Below are positions 26,554-32,000 of a stretch of 32,000 nt of DNA, piece by piece; position 1 is the first letter of the stretch, and the number at the start of each line of letters is the position of its first letter. The position numbers were made by a program, and so were the translations under genes. This DNA comes from Opitutales bacterium. Its GTDB lineage: Bacteria > Verrucomicrobiota > Verrucomicrobiia > Opitutales > PNEW01. Location of the stretch: assembly GCA_965219535.1 (NCBI GenBank), contig CBDCNV010000002.1:90001-122000 (forward strand), given 5' to 3'. The notes under the pieces are model-generated. The model saw only the letters and a list, made by a program, of their open reading frames with translations. It was not told the origin of the DNA and did no database searches.

Positions 26554-27831
26554 GTGGCATTAAGACCCTCCATAATAATGGGTCTTCAGCTTGAATTGCT
26601 TGAAGACCGGACTTTGTTGGCATCAGACTTCCCCTGGCTGGATGCAGCCGTGGAGGCTGATTCCCATTATCAGTTTGAATATGTGTGGTTCCCGAGTGAC
26701 TCGCAAATCACTTTAAAGGGTGATAATACCGGAAATTTAGTTATCAATGTGGATTTTTTGCCCAATAATGTTAAAAATATTTCAGCGTCTTCATTTGCCG
26801 ATGTATCCCTTGTGGGGACGCGTGGCGTTGACCGGCTTTTTGCGGCCGATCTGGGAAATCTGAACGTAGAGATTCCTGTCCATAAGTCACTTATAACAGA
26901 TGATGTCGACATGCTCGGTCTTTTTGAGCCGGCGCCCTTCACCCTTCTCGAGGGGAGCGATATCTTTATTGAAGCGGGGGATTTTACGGAGACATTTCTT
27001 TACAGTGATCTTGAGACTCTGGAATTGAAAATAAATGACCCTGAAAGTACTCTCTGGTTATTAAGTTTGAATCCCGACCAGACAGTGCGCGCCAATTTTG
27101 TCCCTGATGATTTCACATTAATTGGGCTGGAGAATTCGCAACTTGGGATCCTGGGCGAGGAAACTGAAATTCAGATTGATGTGGACTCCCTCCTTGCTGA
27201 TCTCCGTGCAAATGAAACGCAAAATCTTGCGTTGATTTCGTCTGATTTGGGTTTCAATGAGTCGGTTTTATCTCAATCAGGATCAGCGATTGAGAATACG
27301 ATTATTCCTGCGAGTGAATCTTTTTCGCTGGCTCAACCTTTAAGTGTAGCGGTATCAACCAATACCGACGCCATAGCACCTGAAAGAAGCGAGAATCTGG
27401 ATGTGGCGAATGAGCGTCTGAGCGAAGAATCACTCTATGCTTATTATTTAGAAAACTTCTACAATTCCGGAGCGTGGTTGCCAGATCAATTTGTAGCGGA
27501 TGATAGGGCGCCCTATGATGAAATAGATTTTAATTCAATAAGCAGCGATCTTTTTACTTCATTAGATATGGACGCAGGTATTATAATTGAAGCTCCTCTC
27601 TCTGAGGGCAGTGGAGAACAAGGGGTAGCAACCGTTGAACCCACTTGGCTGGAAAAAGTGGAACTACGTATGAATGAACTGCTTGCGCGATCAAATAACA
27701 CGCGGCTCTCCATGGGTGAACATCTACTCATGCGCGCCGCCAACGAATTCACTCCCGGAGAACGCCCCGGTTTGATCGTCGATACTAAAGCCCCGTCGAA
27801 GAACAGTTTTAGCGCGGCCGTAACGTCATGA
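26554..27831 (+). CDS. highly acidic, cysteine-free hypothetical protein with N-terminal LELLEDRTLLA motif (candidate exported cargo)
   Basis: ORF track (GTG 26554; alternative ATG 26578 gives MGLQLELLEDRTLLA). It has no cysteine, a strong D/E excess and no classical signal peptide h-region. I recognise no domain. Confidence 0.6.
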   Translation: MALRPSIIMGLQLELLEDRTLLASDFPWLDAAVEADSHYQFEYVWFPSDSQITLKGDNTGNLVINVDFLPNNVKNISASSFADVSLVGTRGVDRLFAADLGNLNVEIPVHKSLITDDVDMLGLFEPAPFTLLEGSDIFIEAGDFTETFLYSDLETLELKINDPESTLWLLSLNPDQTVRANFVPDDFTLIGLENSQLGILGEETEIQIDVDSLLADLRANETQNLALISSDLGFNESVLSQSGSAIENTIIPASESFSLAQPLSVAVSTNTDAIAPERSENLDVANERLSEESLYAYYLENFYNSGAWLPDQFVADDRAPYDEIDFNSISSDLFTSLDMDAGIIIEAPLSEGSGEQGVATVEPTWLEKVELRMNELLARSNNTRLSMGEHLLMRAANEFTPGERPGLIVDTKAPSKNSFSAAVTS

Positions 27832-27843
27832 CGCAATAAATTA

Positions 27844-28119
27844 ATGGCACATAAAAAGAACAATAAAAGGATTATCAGAAACCGGTCATCCATGATATGG
27901 ATGGAAACCCTGGAGCAAAGACAGCTTTTAGCCCCTATTTTTGGTTCCGCTGAGGCTGCCGGGCTCAACTATAACAATACGCCACCAATAACGCGAGACC
28001 CTTCACTGAGTGCCCCTCCAGTTGGCTTGAATGTTCTGAATGCAACCCCTACGAGTGAGGATAAAACCCCGCTCGAAACCGATTTCCCTTCCAACCGCCT
28101 TATCGTCAAGATTGTTTAG
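27844..28119 (+). CDS. small ORF with basic N-terminus followed by METLEQRQLLA motif; possibly the 5' stub of a larger secreted-protein gene
   Basis: ORF track: MAHKKNNKRIIRNRSSMIWMETLEQRQLLAPIF... It ends at the TAG immediately before the repeat array at 28120. Confidence 0.4.
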   Translation: MAHKKNNKRIIRNRSSMIWMETLEQRQLLAPIFGSAEAAGLNYNNTPPITRDPSLSAPPVGLNVLNATPTSEDKTPLETDFPSNRLIVKIV

Positions 28120-28263
28120 ACCGCGGATTGCGCGAATAACGCGGATTAAATTTAGAATTACCGCTGATTGCGCGGATAACGCGGGTTTCAGGAAAGGATG
28201 ACCGCGGATTGAGCGGATAACGCGGATAAGATTTATTACGTATTACGCGGATTATACGGATGC
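28120..28263. repeat. array of 3 (+1 degenerate) 28-bp direct repeats at 40-41-bp period, each built from three CGCGGAT(T/A)-type 9-mers
   Basis: 28120 accgcggattgcgcgaataacgcggatt; 28160 accgctgattgcgcggataacgcgggtt; 28201 accgcggattgagcggataacgcggata; the degenerate copy is near 28241 (tattacgcggattatacggatgc). Confidence 0.85.
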
Positions 28264-28442
28264 TAGAGAAAAGAAATTCCGTAGGTGCTTAGGGATTATG
28301 TCGGTATCCATTTCCTGGAGTGATACTCCATTTGTTTGGCTATAATCAAAAGTTGAACTTAAGGAGTGATAAACTATTCCGTGCTGATGATTAGAATTAT
28401 GCGACTACGGAAAGACAGCGATATTTAAGCAACCAGTTTTAG

Positions 28443-28793
28443 ATGACACAATTAATTCACAAGGAGTTGAGTGGAAAGATAATAGGTGCAGCATTGACTA
28501 TTTTGAATGAATTAAAACCTGGTTTAGATGAAAAGCTTTATGAAAGAGCATTGTGCATTGAATTACAGGAAGCTGGGCATTCAGTCGAAGAACAAAAGCG
28601 TTTTCGCGTTGATTATAAAGGGCAGTTTATTGAATCGCCAATTTCCGATTTAAATGTGGATGATTTTGTAATTGTTGATACTAAGGTAGTTTCAGATTTT
28701 AATGACTCCCATATGGCCCAAATGTTGGGATATTTGGCCATCATTACAGATTTGGAATTGGCCCTGTTATTAAGTTTCAAAAACGCAAGGTAA
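28443..28793 (+). CDS. GxxExxY-family protein (PD-(D/E)XK nuclease-like fold), C-terminally shortened
   Basis: ORF track: SGKIIGAALTILNELKPGLDEKLYERALCIELQEAGHSVEEQKRFRVDYKG...VIVDTKVVSDFNDSHMAQMLGYLAIT. It ends LLLSFKNAR*, where family members normally continue for about 10 more residues (..FKN.K.E.KR..). Confidence 0.75.
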   Translation: MTQLIHKELSGKIIGAALTILNELKPGLDEKLYERALCIELQEAGHSVEEQKRFRVDYKGQFIESPISDLNVDDFVIVDTKVVSDFNDSHMAQMLGYLAIITDLELALLLSFKNAR

Positions 28794-30194
28794 ACTCAAA
28801 GAGGCAGTTGCGATCTATGAACGTGCGCTGATGATCGAGCCCAATAACGCTAATACGCTTAACAACCTGGGTAATGCACTTTTTGATCAGGGTGAGACAG
28901 AAAAAGCGATTGGAGTCTTTCGCCGCTTGCTTGACCTGAAGCCACATTTTGCCGAAGCACACTCTAATTATTTATTACTGCAGAATTACAGTCCCGTGTT
29001 GGATGAAGAAAATATTTCCATGGAACACAAGGCTTGGGTGGAGAAAAACAAAGTGGACTTATTAAAAATCTCGACCTTTGGGGACAATCGGGATCCAGAA
29101 AGAAAGTTGAAAATCGGTTATCTTTCCCCAGATTTTAAAAAACATTCGGTTGCTTTTTTCCTCGAGCCAATACTTGCGCGTCACAACAAGGAGGATTTTG
29201 ATATTTTCTGCTATTCGGCAGTTATAAGTCCCGATGAAGAGACAGCTCGAATGAAGGAACTGGTAAACCATTGGCGTTCGATTGTCGGACTTTCCGATGA
29301 GCAAGCGGCGGCGCTCATTCGTAAGGACGGAATTGATATCCTGATTGATTTAGCGGGTCATACCGCTAAGAACCGGTTACCTGTATTTTTACATAAACCA
29401 GCTCCAGTGCAGGTGACCTATCTCGGTTATCCTAATCGCACGGGCTTGCCCACTATCGATTATCACCTGACCGATAGTTTTGCCAATCCTCCAAGCAGAA
29501 CAGAAAAATGGAATACGGAAACACTCGTGTGTCTTAATCCTTCAGCCTGGTGTTATCGCCCGTTGAATGATTTCCCTCCTGTAAGTGAACTTCCTGCGCA
29601 GGAGGATGATTCCATCACTTTTGGTTCTTTTAATAATATCAGTAAGCTCAATGAAAATATTTTAAACCTCTGGGGAAGGATCTTAACTAATATTACCAAT
29701 GCCCGTCTTGTGCTGAAATCGAGAAGTCTGGCAGACAGTTTTGTGCAGGAAAGAATACATAAACAATTTGGTTCAATGGGAATAATTCAAGAACGTGTTA
29801 TCTTGCATCCCCATGACTCTTCGTCCCATCGCCACTTGGAACGTTATCACGAGGTAGATATTGCCTTGGATACATTTCCCTATAATGGGACTACGACAAC
29901 CTGCGAAGCACTCTATATGGGTGTGCCGGTAATTACCCTGGAGGGAAAACTCATCGTTCACGCGTGGGAGTGAGCCTTTTAAGCCAAGTCGGGTTACAAC
30001 ACTTAATTGCCAAAAATGAAGAAGATTATGTCTCTATTGCCACTTCCCTGGCATCGGATCTGGGAGCGCTGTCGAATATGCGTAAAACCCTGCGATCCCG
30101 CATGAAGAAGAGCCCATTAATGGATGAGGTTGGTTTTACAAAAGGTTTAGAAAAAGCTTACCGCGAGATGTGGAATAAGTGGACAAGTAGTTAA
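28774..30194 (+). pseudogene. TPR-repeat / GT41 (SPINDLY/O-GlcNAc-transferase-like) glycosyltransferase, N-terminally truncated and frameshifted
   Basis: The frame opens at 28774 in mid-TPR (GKLKEAVAIYERALMIEPNNANTLNNLGNALFDQGETEKAIGVFRRLLDLKPHFAEAH). GT41 body: KIGYLSPDFKKHSVAFF, DILIDLAGHTAKNRL, VQVTYLGYPNRTGL, ITFGSFNN, DTFPYNGTTTTCEALYMGVPVITL. A 1-nt frameshift in GGGAAAA (29943-29949) separates ORFs 28831..29973 and 29964..30194 (..GKTHRSRVGVSLLSQVGL..). Confidence 0.75.
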
Positions 30195-30213
30195 TCCATA
30201 ATTACTTGTATTA

Positions 30214-30240
30214 GGTGGAACGAGGTGTCCCTACCGCGTT
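30214..30240 (+). terminator. short hairpin repeat 'B', copy 2, 20 nt downstream of the GT41 stop
   Basis: GGTGGAACGAGGTgtccctACCGCGTT. It is the same element as 15929-15955 (inverted) with one stem mismatch. Confidence 0.45.
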
Positions 30241-30253
30241 AAGATTGAGTGAT

Positions 30254-30317
30254 AAAAAAAAGCGCGCTAGGGACCAACCGTCGCCAAGGCTATGGCGGGC
30301 AGGCAGCCCGCTCCACC
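30254..30317 (-). terminator. long hairpin repeat 'A', copy 2 (inverted), followed by a T8 run on the minus strand; probable terminator of the GT2 gene
   Basis: The minus strand reads ggtggagcgggctgcctgcccgccatagccttggcgacggttggtccctagcgcgcTTTTTTTT. It begins 28 nt after the GT2 stop (30345-30347). Confidence 0.55.
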
Positions 30318-30344
30318 TAACCTTCTTACAGCAAACATTTTATC

Positions 30345-31367
30345 CTATCTTCTTACCGGGTGGATAAAATCTTCAAGCATGGCCCAGATGTAGAGGAGTG
30401 TGCCATGAATAGGATGGTTCTTTTTAAAGCGGACGAATGCCTGAAAGGAGCGTTGATCCCCGGGCTGGGGAAGGGGGAGGTTCCTGAACTGGCTCTTTTC
30501 CCAGAGATATTTTTGATAATGCCACTCAATCGAGGATTGAAAGAGTAGATAATTGATAAAGATAAAGGGTAGAAAGCGATAAAATCCTTTGATTTGAGGG
30601 GAATTCAGCCTTTTATTTTTACGTAAGTCGTTCCAGGCGTGGTAGATAATAGTTTTAATGCCAAAACAGCGGGTCGCGGCTGAGTCCTGGTTGAAGAAAA
30701 TCGCGGTGTTACCATTTTTCCAACAGTAAGCGAGCATCTTAGCGGGGGTGGTGCGGCCATGATTGTGTAAGGCAACGAGGGTCGGCTCATAATGCAAGTG
30801 GTAGTTAGCTTGCACCAGTTTTTGGGTCAGGTCGATGTCTTCGCCATTGGGCAGGTGGGGGTTAAAGCCGCCTACTTTATTGTAAGCCTCGGCGCGGATG
30901 GCAATCGCCGCGCTGTAGAGCCAGGGCCGGGGTCCCGGTCGGCTACCCTGTTGCGACCAGAAATTTGAAAGGTTAGTCAGTCGATCGCTGAAATTGTTTT
31001 TCACCCCTGGAAGCCGCGCGCCAATCGCATCGGGAACTTTTTCTCGGTTGGCGTCTTCGGGGGTAATGATGTCGTGCAAGCGCTCAAAGTAATCGGGGGC
31101 GAGTTCCATGTCGTCGTCAACGAAGATAAACCATTCACCTGTGGCCCGGTCTGAACCGATTAGGCGTGTCTTCGGCGGCAGCTCATTTTTCTCGAGCGGA
31201 ATGGCAACGATCGGCAGATCCGAATACTGTTCGGCAACTTCCTGTGCTTTCACTCCGACGAGGAGGATTTCCCAGGACGGGGGAAAGAAATCCTGTTCTG
31301 CCAGAGAACGCAGTGTGATTCCCGCCCGATCGGGTCTTCCCATGGGTATGATGACCGACCAATTCAT
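30345..31367 (-). CDS. family 2 glycosyltransferase
   Basis: ORF track: WSVIIPMGRPDRAGITLRSLAEQDF..., a DxD-type motif FIFVDDDMEL, and later GGFNPHLPNGEDIDL. Confidence 0.8.
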   Translation of the reverse strand: MNWSVIIPMGRPDRAGITLRSLAEQDFFPPSWEILLVGVKAQEVAEQYSDLPIVAIPLEKNELPPKTRLIGSDRATGEWFIFVDDDMELAPDYFERLHDIITPEDANREKVPDAIGARLPGVKNNFSDRLTNLSNFWSQQGSRPGPRPWLYSAAIAIRAEAYNKVGGFNPHLPNGEDIDLTQKLVQANYHLHYEPTLVALHNHGRTTPAKMLAYCWKNGNTAIFFNQDSAATRCFGIKTIIYHAWNDLRKNKRLNSPQIKGFYRFLPFIFINYLLFQSSIEWHYQKYLWEKSQFRNLPLPQPGDQRSFQAFVRFKKNHPIHGTLLYIWAMLEDFIHPVRR

Positions 31368-31608
31368 ATTTGAGAATTAAGATCGGGAGTGATTATGGAT
31401 TTTAAGCACGAGGTTTTATTTATGAATAGGCAATCCTATAGCAGATCTTCTCATTTATGGGAAGCGGTCAATCTTCGATCGAAGTTTGTACAGATATTGT
31501 TTCACGTGGAACACAATATTACCTTACATTTTTCTTCCTACTCCTTTCAACCATGGTTAGTCTTGCTATCAATTTGAGAGTGGGCTAGCTAGAGCCTATC
31601 CGGCAATC

Positions 31609-32000
31609 ATGAATATTTTAATTTCCAAAACGGATTCACTGGGAGACCAGTTGATCACTGCCGGTTACGTACAACAATTTCTGGAAGCTTTTCCGGATTC
31701 ACGCATCATCTGGCATGTCCGCTCCGGTATGGAAGTCGTGGCCGATCTCCTGCCAGATGCGAGCTGCTTTAAGCTTAATCTTCAGGACGATCCCGTCGTG
31801 GAAGCGCGGCGGTTGAGTCTCCTGCCATCGGGACATATCCATTTTCTTTCCTACCCTCTCCATCCCCTCAATGACTGGGCTGAAGATACCACCGATCGCG
31901 TCCTCTGGTGGAAGACCCTGATCGGTGCCCTTTCATGGGATATCGCGATTTCACCGATGGTGAACCGCAGCTGGTTAAGCGACTTGACGGTCGCTTTAAG
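31609..32000 (+). CDS. glycosyltransferase family 9 (heptosyltransferase-like), 5' part; continues beyond right edge
   Basis: Own translation from ATG 31609 gives MNILISKTDSLGDQLITAGYVQQFLEAFPDSRIIWHVRSGMEVVADLLP..., 130 codons open to the window end. It is not in the ORF track because it has no stop. The pattern resembles the GT9 N-terminus (MKILII..SLGD.....P....L...FP.A.I.W.V). Confidence 0.5.
   Translation, partial: MNILISKTDSLGDQLITAGYVQQFLEAFPDSRIIWHVRSGMEVVADLLPDASCFKLNLQDDPVVEARRLSLLPSGHIHFLSYPLHPLNDWAEDTTDRVLWWKTLIGALSWDIAISPMVNRSWLSDLTVAL

Noticed and set aside
28120-28263. Direct-repeat array as a CRISPR locus
   Set aside because: There are only 3-4 units, the 'spacers' are just 12-13 bp, the repeats are internally tri-partite and mutually divergent, and no cas genes or leader are present.
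15739-30317. A/B inverted repeats as terminal inverted repeats of a 14-kb composite transposon
   Set aside because: There is no transposase, integrase or recombinase between them and no flanking direct duplication. Most copies sit exactly where terminators or REP elements would, after stop codons. It is kept only as a repeat-family and possible-inversion observation.

Overview
Compositionally mosaic window. By gene content and repeat style it looks like a PVC-type (Planctomycetes/Verrucomicrobia/Lentisphaerae-like) genome, but that taxonomic guess is inference only.

(1) 1 to ~4590 is a GC-rich block, about 55-60% GC by eye on sampled lines against about 40% for the rest. On the minus strand it carries a PLD-nuclease/SNF2-helicase fusion gene. 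Its stop overlaps the start of a helicase-associated DNA-methyltransferase-like gene that runs off the left edge. A small ATGA-coupled ORF and an antitoxin-like remnant sit upstream and are cut at the GC boundary.

(2) ~4600-11400 is a decayed defence and mobile-element patch. It holds one intact GmrSD-type (DUF262/DUF1524) type IV restriction gene. It also holds remnants of a helicase/endonuclease C-terminus, an EcoKI-like HsdM, an ISAs1 transposase and a type IIG/Eco57I-like NPPY methyltransferase. An intact IS3-family element has no target-site duplication and abuts a truncated Gfo/Idh/MocA gene.

(3) 11455-13781 is a SAM-methyltransferase gene split cleanly by a 735-bp IS1595-family element with a perfect 8-bp duplication.

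(4) 13888-16744 is a small minus-strand operon: HpcH-type aldolase, 2-hydroxyacid dehydrogenase, PIG-L/LmbE hydrolase.

(5) 17075-28119 is a divergent two-operon cluster and my top candidate for an undescribed system. It encodes a TolC-family channel and three HlyD-type adaptors. One adaptor is fused to a site-2 (M50) metalloprotease with a PqqD-like N-terminus, and one is fused to GAF-like domains. The cluster also has a tandem methyltransferase-like protein, a LuxR-type regulator and two ORFs starting with an LExLExRxLLA motif. No ABC/RND/MFS energising pump is present.

(6) 28120-32000 holds a nested CGCGGAT repeat array, a GxxExxY gene fused end-to-end to a truncated and frameshifted TPR/GT41 gene, a GT2 gene and a GT9-like gene start.

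Two related hairpin repeat types flank the 15.9-30.2 kb segment in mirror-image order. No rRNA, tRNA or CRISPR array was seen.
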